This document shows, one piece after another, positions 38,883-47,599 of a DNA stretch of 64,000 bases (position 1 is its first letter; every line of letters begins with the position of its first letter). This DNA is from Vulcanimicrobiota bacterium (GTDB lineage Bacteria; Vulcanimicrobiota; Vulcanimicrobiia; Vulcanimicrobiales; Vulcanimicrobiaceae), in the NCBI GenBank assembly GCA_963733295.1, contig CAVTCS010000003.1, positions 384,001-448,000 on the forward strand, in the 5' to 3' direction. The translations under genes and the position numbers were made by a program. The notes below the pieces were generated by a model, which was not told the origin of the DNA, made no database searches, and saw only the letters and a program-made list of their open reading frames with translations.

Positions 38883-39731
38883 GTGCACCGACCTTTTCGA
38901 CTTCTCGCGGCTGCGGCGATCTCGTTCATGCTTTTCGGCGTTGGGAACGGGACTGCGCTTGCGCAGCACCCGGCAAAGCCCTTGCCGCGGCCGGCGCACG
39001 TCGTCGTGATCGTCGAAGAGAACAAGACGCTGGCGCAAATCGTGGGGAGCGATTCCGCGCCGTACTTGAACGCAATCGTGCGCCGGAGTGCGCTCTTCAC
39101 GAATTCGCGCGGCGTCGCGCATCCGAGCCTGCCGAACTATTTTGCGCTGTTCGCCGGCCTCACGAACGACAACGGCAACGGCTGCCCGGCGACCGGCATC
39201 GCGAAGACGGCGCCGAATCTCGGCAGCGAATTGATCGCGGCGCACTTGACGTTCGACGGGTACGCCGAGGGTCTGCCGGCCGTCGGGTTCACCGGATGCT
39301 ACGCGGGTGAATACGCTCGGAAGCACGCCCCCTGGGTGCAATTCTCGAACGTGCCCGGCGCAAATAGCCTACCCCTCGACTCGCTCAAGACGTTCGACCA
39401 GTTGCCGACCGTCGCGTTCATCGTGCCGGACCTCGACGACGACATGCACGACGGCACGATCAAGGAGGCTGACGATTGGTTCGTGCACCACATCGGTCCG
39501 CTGCTGACATGGGCGAAAACGCACGATACGCTGGTGATCGTCACCTGGGACGAGGGCTTCGATCGGAACAATTCGATTCCGACGATCTTCGCAGGACCGA
39601 TGGTCAGGCCCGGACGCTACGCCGAGCCCATCACGCACTACCGCGTGCTGCGCACGATCGAGGCGTTCTTTGGGTTGCCGCCGACAGGCCACGCCGCCCA
39701 GGTGTCGCCGATCGCCGACACCTGGCGCTAG
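38883..39731 (+). CDS. Secreted phosphoesterase (acid phosphatase/phospholipase C family)
   Basis: HVVVIVEEN, HPSLPNY, YARKHAPW, DMHDG, TWDE; signal peptide. Confidence 0.88.
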   Translation: MHRPFRLLAAAAISFMLFGVGNGTALAQHPAKPLPRPAHVVVIVEENKTLAQIVGSDSAPYLNAIVRRSALFTNSRGVAHPSLPNYFALFAGLTNDNGNGCPATGIAKTAPNLGSELIAAHLTFDGYAEGLPAVGFTGCYAGEYARKHAPWVQFSNVPGANSLPLDSLKTFDQLPTVAFIVPDLDDDMHDGTIKEADDWFVHHIGPLLTWAKTHDTLVIVTWDEGFDRNNSIPTIFAGPMVRPGRYAEPITHYRVLRTIEAFFGLPPTGHAAQVSPIADTWR

Positions 39732-39736
39732 TGCCG

Positions 39737-40513
39737 CTAGCGATTGCCGGCGACGTCCGATAGCGCTTGATCGAAGCGCGTCAGCGCCGAGTAGCGGTGA
39801 ATCATCAGCAAGTTCTCCGACTCGCCGGCTGCGCCCCAGTCCTCGATGAACGCCAACTGGTAGCCGTTGGCGGCGGCGAGTCTCGCAACGCGCTCGTCGT
39901 AGTTGTCTTCGGGATACACGAGTGCGTAAACGGGCTGGCCCAGCCGGTGCTCGAGTGAGTAGCGCGAGAGGGTCAATTCGTGCACGACGTCCGCGTCGGA
40001 AAGTTGCCGGAGGTCGGGTGGATGATTCGCCGTCAGACTCTGCACGTCGATGAGCCCGCTCCGTTCCATTTCTTTGAGTTGCGCCCACGTGTTGTGCCGC
40101 TTTGAGGTCGTCGTGCCGACGAAGTTCGTGTGAACGAAGAGCGTCGCCGGATAGTGGTATTTCACGAGCAGCGGAAAGGCGTTGTCGTAGATGCCGTGAC
40201 CGTTGTCGTCGAAGGTGAGGGCCAGCGGCTTGGAGGGGACGGCTTTGCCGGAAACCAGGTGGTCGCGCAGCATCGCGAGCGGGATCACATGATATCCCCC
40301 GCGCCGAATCGCCTCGAGCTGCGCGCGGAAGGTCGCTAGGGGCGTGTCGAACCATACCTCCCGGTCGCCGTCGATGACGTCGTGCCAGACGATGACCGCG
40401 AGATATGGCGTCTTGCCGCCCGTAGCAACCGGGGGTAAGGCGCTTTGCGAAGCCGCCGCCATCGGGACCAGCAGCAGCGCCGTGCAGACGGCATTTCGTA
40501 GTCGATTGACCAT
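39737..40513 (-). CDS. Exported polysaccharide deacetylase (CE4)
   Basis: VIVWHDV, LTFDD, VYP; signal peptide from ATG 40513; metal motif reads SLTANH. Confidence 0.85.
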   Translation of the reverse strand: MVNRLRNAVCTALLLVPMAAASQSALPPVATGGKTPYLAVIVWHDVIDGDREVWFDTPLATFRAQLEAIRRGGYHVIPLAMLRDHLVSGKAVPSKPLALTFDDNGHGIYDNAFPLLVKYHYPATLFVHTNFVGTTTSKRHNTWAQLKEMERSGLIDVQSLTANHPPDLRQLSDADVVHELTLSRYSLEHRLGQPVYALVYPEDNYDERVARLAAANGYQLAFIEDWGAAGESENLLMIHRYSALTRFDQALSDVAGNR

Positions 40514-40599
40514 TGCGGAAGGTCTTGTTAGAGTCTCGAGGGAGAATCCCCGGTGGCCGAAATGGAAGTCGCGACGAGCTTTCGATCCGACCGGACTAG

Positions 40600-40760
40600 A
40601 GTGTGCTGTCTCCGATATAGCTTTACAGTCGCTCGGCGCTTTTCCGCCGCCGCTGCGTCGCTCCTCGCTCAAATGACGCTGTCATTCCACGCTCGTCGCT
40701 CCTTGCGGCAGCGAAAAATCGCTGTCGCTTTGTGTAAACCTATATCGGAGACAGCACACT
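40600..40760. mobile_element. MITE-like (or invertible) element with 28 bp terminal inverted repeats
   Basis: 40600-40627 agtgtgctgtctccgatatagctttaca vs reverse complement of 40733-40760: 27/28 identical; CTAG at both ends; nested internal inverted repeats. Confidence 0.72.
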
Positions 40761-40763
40761 AGC

Positions 40764-42827
40764 ATGCGCAAACGCGTCGTGCCGCTCGCGGTGGCGGTCG
40801 TCGTGGCGGCGCTGCTCTTGGCCGTGGTCTTGCGCGCGCCGATCGAGCGTGCCGTCGTGACGTCGCTCTTGCAGCGCGCGACGGGGCTTTCCGTCGACAT
40901 GGATGAGATCCGCGAGGTTCCGGGCGGCATCGCACTCGGCGGTTTTCGCGCGCGCTCCGAGAACGGGGACCTCAGGCTGCAAGCTCCGCGTGTCGTTCTG
41001 ACGCGCAGCGGAGCGGGCTTCGACGTCGAGTTCGACGGATTGCAGGCGACTGCAGCCGTAGGAAGTTGGACTGCGCCCCTCGATCGTGCAACGGCCTTCG
41101 CGCGCCGCTTTCTCATCGGCGAAGGGAGCCTGGCCGCGCGCCTGCACGATTGCTCGCTGCTGCTGACCGGCGGCGATATGCCATCCTGGAATCTCGCCTT
41201 TCGCAGCATCGATGGGACGGTGCGGCAAGTGGGCCGCGTTGCGAGCTACGATGTGAGCGGTGCCTTGGCCGACGGCAACGCAACCTATCCCGTGTCCGCG
41301 CACTCCGAGGTCCTCGCCGATCGCGTCACCGATCGCTGGACTGCCGCGGCGCTTCCACTCGCACCGCTGGCTGCGCTCGTGTCCGAAGGCCCCGTCCACG
41401 TTTCGGGCGGCCGGCTTACCGGCGTCGATCTTACGCTGGTTCGCGATCCGTACGGCCTCCCGCTCTCGCTCAAAGCGAACGCGCACGTCGAGGATGGTTC
41501 GGCCAGCTTGAGTGGCGATCGCGTGCACGATATTCGCGGATTGCACGGCGCGCTCGTCCTCAACGGCGACGCCCTCGCAAGCGTGAAGATCGCGGGCAGC
41601 GTCGACGCGATCCCGCTCGACGTCTCGGGCGAAGCCGACGGGTTCGCGCCGCCCGGAAGCCGGCCTTCGAAAGGCGCGCGCGATCTCTTGCAATTGGCGC
41701 GGCTTCTCGCCGGGATCGCCGATCAGCCGAGTTTGACCTCGATCCACGTCGAAACCACGGCGCCCGGCGCAGCTTTCGGTCAATACGGTTTGACGACCGA
41801 ACACGGGCCGCTGGCGGTACAAGTCATCGCCATCGATCCGCACGAGCCGACCTTGCGCTGGGACACGGCGCTCTCGAACGATCGCATCATCTCGGGCGGC
41901 GAACGGACCTCGGAAATGGGTCTGCGCACCGGCGCGATTGCGGGCGTGAACGGCGACTACTTCGACATCGGCCGTACCTATCAACCGCAGGGTCTGCTAA
42001 TTTCTCACGGGGAGCTCTTGCGTGGCCCGACCGATCGGCAGGCTCTCCTGATTCACCGGGATGGAAGCGTCTCGTTCGGAGAGTACCGCTTGCGCGGGAC
42101 GCTAGCGACGCCGCACGGCGATTTTCCGGTTACGCAGCTGAACAACTGGCCCGCCGGCGAGGTGACCGTCATCACGCCGGCGTTCGGCAAAGAACTGCCA
42201 CCGGCGGACGGCGTTACGTTCGCGGTTTTGATTCCGCTAAAGCAGCCCGGCGAGTATCGCGTCGGCACGGTCACGCCGATGAGCGAGCCGGTTCCCGTCC
42301 GTTTCGGATTGGCTTTCGGTCCGCTCGCGCGCGCCGAACTCCATCCGGGTGAGGAAATTCATCTAAAGTTCGCGCTCGATCCGCCGGCGGCCGACGTCGT
42401 TGCGGGAATCGGAGGCGGCCCGCTGCTGCTGCGCGACGGGCAATGGTTCGAGGACCCGCACGCGCCGGCTCCCGACGAGCGCGACGTGCGCTGGCCGGTC
42501 GTTGCGCTCGCGCGGCTGAGCGACGATTCGCTCTTGCTTGTCGCCGTCGACGGCCGTCATCCCGAGCGTTCGGTTGGGATGACGCGACCAGAATTCGCCG
42601 ATTTGTTGCGCAACTTCAAAGCGGTCGATGCCATGGCGTTGGATTCCGGCGGCTCGGTCACGATGGTTTCACGGGCGCCGGGCGATGCGAAGGTGAGCGT
42701 CCGCAACGTTCCGTCCGATAACAGCGCAGAGCGCTGGGTCTCGGACGGTCTGTTCCTGTACAGTTCTGCGCCCGCACCCGCGCTGCTCGAGGCTGCGAAG
42801 GTACCCGCTGTGAGCCTGGATCCTTAG
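40764..42827 (+). CDS. Phosphodiester glycosidase (NAGPA) family protein with N-terminal anchor and AsmA-like beta region
   Basis: AGVNGDYFD, GIGGGPLLL, VAVDGR, LDSGGS, ERWVSDGL; N-terminal TM. Confidence 0.82.
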   Translation: MRKRVVPLAVAVVVAALLLAVVLRAPIERAVVTSLLQRATGLSVDMDEIREVPGGIALGGFRARSENGDLRLQAPRVVLTRSGAGFDVEFDGLQATAAVGSWTAPLDRATAFARRFLIGEGSLAARLHDCSLLLTGGDMPSWNLAFRSIDGTVRQVGRVASYDVSGALADGNATYPVSAHSEVLADRVTDRWTAAALPLAPLAALVSEGPVHVSGGRLTGVDLTLVRDPYGLPLSLKANAHVEDGSASLSGDRVHDIRGLHGALVLNGDALASVKIAGSVDAIPLDVSGEADGFAPPGSRPSKGARDLLQLARLLAGIADQPSLTSIHVETTAPGAAFGQYGLTTEHGPLAVQVIAIDPHEPTLRWDTALSNDRIISGGERTSEMGLRTGAIAGVNGDYFDIGRTYQPQGLLISHGELLRGPTDRQALLIHRDGSVSFGEYRLRGTLATPHGDFPVTQLNNWPAGEVTVITPAFGKELPPADGVTFAVLIPLKQPGEYRVGTVTPMSEPVPVRFGLAFGPLARAELHPGEEIHLKFALDPPAADVVAGIGGGPLLLRDGQWFEDPHAPAPDERDVRWPVVALARLSDDSLLLVAVDGRHPERSVGMTRPEFADLLRNFKAVDAMALDSGGSVTMVSRAPGDAKVSVRNVPSDNSAERWVSDGLFLYSSAPAPALLEAAKVPAVSLDP

Positions 42828-42829
42828 GA

Positions 42830-44866
42830 GTGTTCGTGCTGCCGGCGGAACTCGCGCCGCCGCCGCCGCTCGGTTCGATCGTGGTACAGTCGATGCGCGA
42901 GAGTTTCGTCGCACCGGGCGTCGCGCGTGCGATCTATCGCCTCGAAACCTCGAACGGACCGCTCGTCGTGAACGTCGTCGCGGTCGATTCGCACGATCGC
43001 CGAGTGCGCCTCGGAATCGTGCTCGCGAAGGATCGCTTGATCTCGGGCGGCGAGACCGTTACCTCGATGTCGTTGCGCGGCGACGCCGTCGCGGGAATAA
43101 ACGGTGACTACTTCGACATCGGGAACACGAATCAACCGCTCAACGTGGTCGTGCGGGATGGCCGGCTTCTGCGCACGCCTTCGAAACGATACGCGCTCGA
43201 CGTCGCCAAGGACGGAACCGTCCATTTCGACTCGTTCGCTTTCAGCGGCACGGTGCGCTACGGATCGACCGCGCTGCCGCTGACCACGGTCAACGAGTGG
43301 CCGCCGGAAGGCGGCGTAACCCTGCTGACGCCCGAGTACGGCAGGCTCAAACCTGCCGCGAACGTCGTGCTGCGCGCGCTCGTCCCGCAGTCGAGCGCCA
43401 CCGACAGCGCCATTCTGACGTTCTCGGCTGCGGCATTCGATGCACCGAGCCCGCTCGACGTTCCGGGGCCGCTGCTCGGGTTCGGACCTGCTGCGCTCGC
43501 GCTGGCGGCGCCGCCGCAGCCCGGTGACGTCGTGACGCTGGAAGAGCGCGTCGATCCGCCTCTCGACGGAATCACGACGGCGATCGGCGGAGGTCCGCTG
43601 TTGCTCAAAAGCGGCCTGCCCTTCGAAGATCCGTTTTCGCCGGCACCCGAAGAACGCGATCGCCGCTTTCCGGTCGCGGGCGCCGCGACGACGAGCGAGG
43701 GCGAGTTGCTGCTGGTCTCGGTTGACGGCCGCCAGCCTTCGCTCTCGATCGGCGTGACGCGTCCCGAGTTCGCGGCCTTGCTGCTCGCACTCGGTGCGAC
43801 CGATGCCATGGCCTTCGACAGCGGCGGATCTGCAACGCTCGTCGCGCGGATTCTCGGCGACCCGCACGCCAGCGTTCTCAACTCACCAAGCGACGGCCGC
43901 GAGCGTCCCGTTGCCGACGGCCTCTTCGTCTATAGCGAGGCGCCGGCCGGGTTGAATCCGCAGCTGGTCGTGCGACCGGATCGCGTGATCGCACTACCGG
44001 GCGTTCAAGTGTCGCTGAGCGGGGCGATCGTCGATGACGCAGGTCACTTTATGCGCAGCGCGACGCTCGCACCGCTCGTCGTTCCAACGGATTCGAGCGC
44101 GCGTACGGTAGAAATCACCGAACGCAACAGTGGCTACTCCGCGCCGCTCGACCTTCGCATCGTGACCAGCGTCGCGCGGCTCTCGATTTCGGCGCTGCCC
44201 GCGAACCCGGATCCCGGAGCGCGCGTGGTCTTGCGGGCGACCGCTCTCGCGGACGACGGCGAGCCGGTCGAGGTCGGTAGCGCGGTGCACTGGAGTACCG
44301 ACCGCGGAACCTTCGAGGCGCCGGGAATCTTGCGAGCACCAGGGGCGGACGCGACGATCGTTGCAGCGGCCGGTGGCCGCCGGACGACATTCGCGCTGCG
44401 CGTCGGCAGACACGAGCAGGCGCTCGAAGTCTTCGATCCCGCGATAGGCTGGGTTTTTTCGAGTGCGCCGCGCGACGGGCCGGGCAGCCTGAAGCAATCG
44501 GCCGCCGGCGAAATGGACCTGTCGTACGATTTCACCGCCGGCGAACGAGCCGCGTATGCGAACGCCGTTGCCGCCCTGCCGGGTGAGCCGCTCGCGTTTT
44601 CGGTCGACGTCGCAGGCGATGCCTCCGGCGTCGCCGTGCGGGCAGCGTTCTTGAACCGCTTCGGCGAACGCCAAGCGCTGACGCTCGCGTCCCACGTCGA
44701 TTGGAAAGGCTGGCGCACCTGTACGGTCACACTCCCCGCGGATCTCAACCCGCCCGTGACGTTGTTTTCCCTCTACGCCGTTCCGTCTTTGGGCGGCGTT
44801 CCGGCCCAAACGCGCGGAACGCTCGGTTTTCGCAACGCCTCGGTCGCATTGCCTGGGTCGCGCTAG
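42830..44866 (+). CDS. Phosphodiester glycosidase (NAGPA) family protein with C-terminal Ig-like/carbohydrate-binding-like domains
   Basis: AGINGDYFD, AIGGGPLLL, VSVDGRQ, FDSGGS, NSPSDGRERPVADGL; C-term VDWKGWR. Confidence 0.85.
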   Translation: MFVLPAELAPPPPLGSIVVQSMRESFVAPGVARAIYRLETSNGPLVVNVVAVDSHDRRVRLGIVLAKDRLISGGETVTSMSLRGDAVAGINGDYFDIGNTNQPLNVVVRDGRLLRTPSKRYALDVAKDGTVHFDSFAFSGTVRYGSTALPLTTVNEWPPEGGVTLLTPEYGRLKPAANVVLRALVPQSSATDSAILTFSAAAFDAPSPLDVPGPLLGFGPAALALAAPPQPGDVVTLEERVDPPLDGITTAIGGGPLLLKSGLPFEDPFSPAPEERDRRFPVAGAATTSEGELLLVSVDGRQPSLSIGVTRPEFAALLLALGATDAMAFDSGGSATLVARILGDPHASVLNSPSDGRERPVADGLFVYSEAPAGLNPQLVVRPDRVIALPGVQVSLSGAIVDDAGHFMRSATLAPLVVPTDSSARTVEITERNSGYSAPLDLRIVTSVARLSISALPANPDPGARVVLRATALADDGEPVEVGSAVHWSTDRGTFEAPGILRAPGADATIVAAAGGRRTTFALRVGRHEQALEVFDPAIGWVFSSAPRDGPGSLKQSAAGEMDLSYDFTAGERAAYANAVAALPGEPLAFSVDVAGDASGVAVRAAFLNRFGERQALTLASHVDWKGWRTCTVTLPADLNPPVTLFSLYAVPSLGGVPAQTRGTLGFRNASVALPGSR

Positions 44867-45594
44867 TCCCGTTTTTCGCCGGCCTGCTATCGTCGGCAAG
44901 CGCCTCGCCGGATACCGTGGATTGGGCCGGCGTTCCGGTCCTGATGTACCATCGCATCGACGCGGAGCTGCCACACGATCGGGTGGGCCGCGATCTCACC
45001 GTTCAGCCAGCCGCCTTTGAGGCGCAGTTGCGCTACCTGCGCGATCGCGGCATCCGGGCGATAACCGCGGCCGAATTGGTCGCGGCGTTGCGCCGCGGCG
45101 AACGCCCCGAGAAGACCGTCGTCTTGACCTTTGACGACGGCTACCAAGATGCGGCGACGAGCGCGTTCCCGCTGCTGCGCAAGTACGGCGCGCGCGCCAC
45201 GTTCTTCGTTTCGGCTGGATTCGTCGGAACGCCCCGTCACGTGACCTGGCGCGAGATGCGCGAGATGCGCGCAGCCGGTATGGAGATTGCCTGTCACGGT
45301 ACGGAGCATCGCGACCTTTCGAGGCTCGACTTCGCCGGGCAGATGTCTGAAGCGGGGCATTGCGTCTCGGCATTCGCGCGCTACATGAGCGGTTGGGAAG
45401 CGCAGACATACGCATATCCGGCCGGCAAGTACGATGCGATCACGCTGCAACTGATGCCCGCGCTCGGCGTCTGGGCGGCATTTACCGAGGGACCGGGAAC
45501 GGTGCGAAGCCTCGTGCGGCCGTACCAGCTGCCGCGCCGGCGCGTGAGGCACGGCGACGGGGTCGCAAGGTTCGCCGCGCTCGCGGAGCCCTAA
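44848..45594 (+). CDS. Polysaccharide deacetylase (CE4); start uncertain (44701, 44848 or 44917)
   Basis: VPVLMYHRI, LTFDDGY, ACHGTEH, AYPAG. Confidence 0.88.
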   Translation: MAWVALVPFFAGLLSSASASPDTVDWAGVPVLMYHRIDAELPHDRVGRDLTVQPAAFEAQLRYLRDRGIRAITAAELVAALRRGERPEKTVVLTFDDGYQDAATSAFPLLRKYGARATFFVSAGFVGTPRHVTWREMREMRAAGMEIACHGTEHRDLSRLDFAGQMSEAGHCVSAFARYMSGWEAQTYAYPAGKYDAITLQLMPALGVWAAFTEGPGTVRSLVRPYQLPRRRVRHGDGVARFAALAEP

Positions 45595-45600
45595 CGACAT

Positions 45601-45639
45601 AAAAAAAGACGAACCGTGCGACGTGCACGGTTCGTCTTT
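45601..45639 (-). terminator. Intrinsic terminator between convergent genes
   Basis: aaagacgaaccgtgc-gacgt-gcacggttcgtcttt stem; A-run gives poly-U on the minus strand after the histone-like gene. Confidence 0.88.
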
Positions 45640-45654
45640 ATCCAGGTGCGCCGG

Positions 45655-45876
45655 TTAGGCTTTCTTGCGGCGAGAAGCCTTCTTGCGGCGGACGGCCTTG
45701 CGTACGGCCTTCTTAGCAACTTTGCGGCGGACGGCCTTGCGTACGGCCTTCTTAGCAACTTTGCGGCGGATGGCCTTTTTCGCCACCTTGCGGCGAGCAG
45801 CTTTACGAACGACTTTCTTTATAGCCGCCGATTTGACTGCTTTCTTTCTACGTTTCGCTTTCTTTCTGACTGCCAT
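45655..45876 (-). CDS. Histone H1-like Lys/Arg/Ala-rich basic protein (73 aa)
   Basis: MAVRKKAKRRKK...; 40/73 K+R, no D/E; GAAAGGA upstream; own terminator. Confidence 0.8.
   Translation of the reverse strand: MAVRKKAKRRKKAVKSAAIKKVVRKAARRKVAKKAIRRKVAKKAVRKAVRRKVAKKAVRKAVRRKKASRRKKA
45683..45770. repeat. Perfect 39 bp tandem repeat (two copies plus 10 bp) inside the histone-like gene
   Basis: ttgcggcggacggccttgcgtacggccttcttagcaact at 45683 and 45722. Confidence 0.9.
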
Positions 45877-45951
45877 TATGTGGTAGTCATCCTTTCTGCG
45901 AACCGCCCGTCTGACGACGGTCGGTCCGACATCGTCAGGGTAGTTAACCCT

Positions 45952-45980
45952 GTTATACAATGTTTGAAGGATTTTTGCAA
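45952..45980 (-). promoter_or_regulatory. Putative promoter of the histone-like gene
   Basis: TTGCAA-17 nt-TATAAC in an AT-rich patch. Confidence 0.45.
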
Positions 45981-46135
45981 CAACCGCAGAGCGCGGGAGC
46001 AGTTTGCGCCGCATGCGGCCGCGATTTCGCGCACCAACGGATGTGATGCGAACTCGTCAAAGTGTGACGCCGGTTGCGCGGCAGCGGACGCTCTCGCAAT
46101 GCTCTCGGCGCGGTCACGGAGTGCGCCTTCCTTTT

Positions 46136-46170
46136 ATATGTGGCTCATCCGGAATATGTGGCTCATCCGG
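46136..46170. repeat. 17 bp perfect direct repeat (18 bp period)
   Basis: atatgtggctcatccgg at 46136 and 46154. Confidence 0.85.
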
Positions 46171-46240
46171 CGATCGAGCCGCGAAGCCCCGCGTGGCGCG
46201 GGTTGCCGGGACTCTACGGCCGCGGCCGGAAGTTCGAGCG

Positions 46241-46987
46241 ATGCGGCTTGCATTCGACGGCGTGGACTTCGAGGTGGCGCACGATGGTGCCGGACCAGCG
46301 ATCGTTTTGCTCCACGACTTCGGTTTGACGAAAGAAGCGTGGGATGCGCAAGCCGCGGCGCTCGCCGGGATCGCTCGCGTCGTTCGCTTCGACCTGCGCG
46401 GTATGGGTCGCTCGGGCGTTCCGCCGGGACCCTACCTGATGGAACGGCTCGCGGGCGACGTCGCCGGCGTTTGCGACGGCCTCGGCGTGGAGCGCGCGGT
46501 CCTGGCCGGTCATGGGCTCGGCGGTTTCGTCGCCTTGGAGTTCTTCCGGATGTTCGCCGAGCGCTGCGAGGGTCTCGCGCTCGTCGCGACGCGCGGCGAC
46601 GCGGATTCGGCGCTCGAGGCGGCGCTGCGTCTCGAGCTCGCGGACCGCGTCGATGCAGAGGGATCGGCGGCGCTCGTCGCCATCGAATCCGACTCGCGCG
46701 CTCGTCGATCTCTCGCGGAAACCGATCCGCACGGCGCGGCCGCGATGCTTCGCGGCATCGCGATGCGCGCGAGCTCCGAGGACCTGTACGCCGAAATTGA
46801 CGTGCCGGTTCGCGTCGCCGCCGGCCTCGACGACGCGAACGTATCGGCCAGCCGGGCAATTGCGGCGGGGATCAGAGGCGCTCGCCTCGACCTCTTCGAG
46901 TGCGGACGGTTCCCGCTGTGGGAATCGCCGGGCGCGCTCACCGGCCTGCTGGAAGAGCTCCTGCGCGTGCGTGAGAAGCGAGCTTAG
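46241..46987 (+). CDS. Alpha/beta hydrolase fold protein, probably catalytically inactive
   Basis: PcaD-like layout (DLRGMGRS) but GHGLGG at the nucleophile elbow and CGRFP at the His position. Confidence 0.8.
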   Translation: MRLAFDGVDFEVAHDGAGPAIVLLHDFGLTKEAWDAQAAALAGIARVVRFDLRGMGRSGVPPGPYLMERLAGDVAGVCDGLGVERAVLAGHGLGGFVALEFFRMFAERCEGLALVATRGDADSALEAALRLELADRVDAEGSAALVAIESDSRARRSLAETDPHGAAAMLRGIAMRASSEDLYAEIDVPVRVAAGLDDANVSASRAIAAGIRGARLDLFECGRFPLWESPGALTGLLEELLRVREKRA

Positions 46988-46993
46988 ACGACC

Positions 46994-47599
46994 CTAAAGC
47001 TTTCCGAGCCGGTCGAGCGTGTAGTAGATGGAAGCGACGTGCGCGCCGACCTCGATCGTGCCGTCCCGCACGAATCTGCGGAGCTCGGCAAGCGTCGCGA
47101 GCTCCACCGTAATCCGTTCGGTCAGGTCGAGTTCTTGCCGCACGAGCGGCTTGCAATCGCGCGCGAGGAAGAGGTGATAGCGCGTATTGGAACTCGTCGG
47201 ATCGTAGACGAACGAGCCGATGTGTTCGGGCTCCGCCGGGCTTCCGACGTAACCCGTTTCCTCGGCGAGCTCGCGGCGCGCGCATGCGCGCGGTTCCTCG
47301 CCGGGGTCGATCGCGCCGGCCGGAAGCTCCAAGAGATGCTGTCCGATGCCGTGCTTGTATTGACGTACGAGGACGACGCGCTCGTCGTGCGTCATTGCGA
47401 AGACGACGCTGAAACCCCGCGATTCGCGCACGAAGTAGTCGCGAACGAGTTCTCCGCCCGGCAGTTCGATCGTATCGCGGCGAAGACGCAGGTGGCGCGT
47501 CTGGATGACGAACTCGGACTCGACGATCTTCCAGGCCTCGCGCTCACCGTCCACTCGCAGAGGATACTCGCGAGCGGGCAAAGACTCAAGGCCGGGCAT
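46994..47599 (-). CDS. NUDIX hydrolase (ADP-ribose pyrophosphatase-like)
   Basis: LVRQYKH, ELPAGAIDPGEEPRACARRELAEETG Nudix box; start may be GTG 47554. Confidence 0.92.
   Translation of the reverse strand: MPGLESLPAREYPLRVDGEREAWKIVESEFVIQTRHLRLRRDTIELPGGELVRDYFVRESRGFSVVFAMTHDERVVLVRQYKHGIGQHLLELPAGAIDPGEEPRACARRELAEETGYVGSPAEPEHIGSFVYDPTSSNTRYHLFLARDCKPLVRQELDLTERITVELATLAELRRFVRDGTIEVGAHVASIYYTLDRLGKL

Noticed and set aside
45953..46117. 54 aa minus-strand ORF after AAGGAAGG
   Set aside because: Unprotein-like composition and it runs through the proposed promoter; no other support
45616..46800. 394 aa plus-strand ORF with repeated AADGLAYGLLSNF
   Set aside because: Antisense reading of the histone-like repeat; RBS, terminator polarity and composition favour the minus-strand gene
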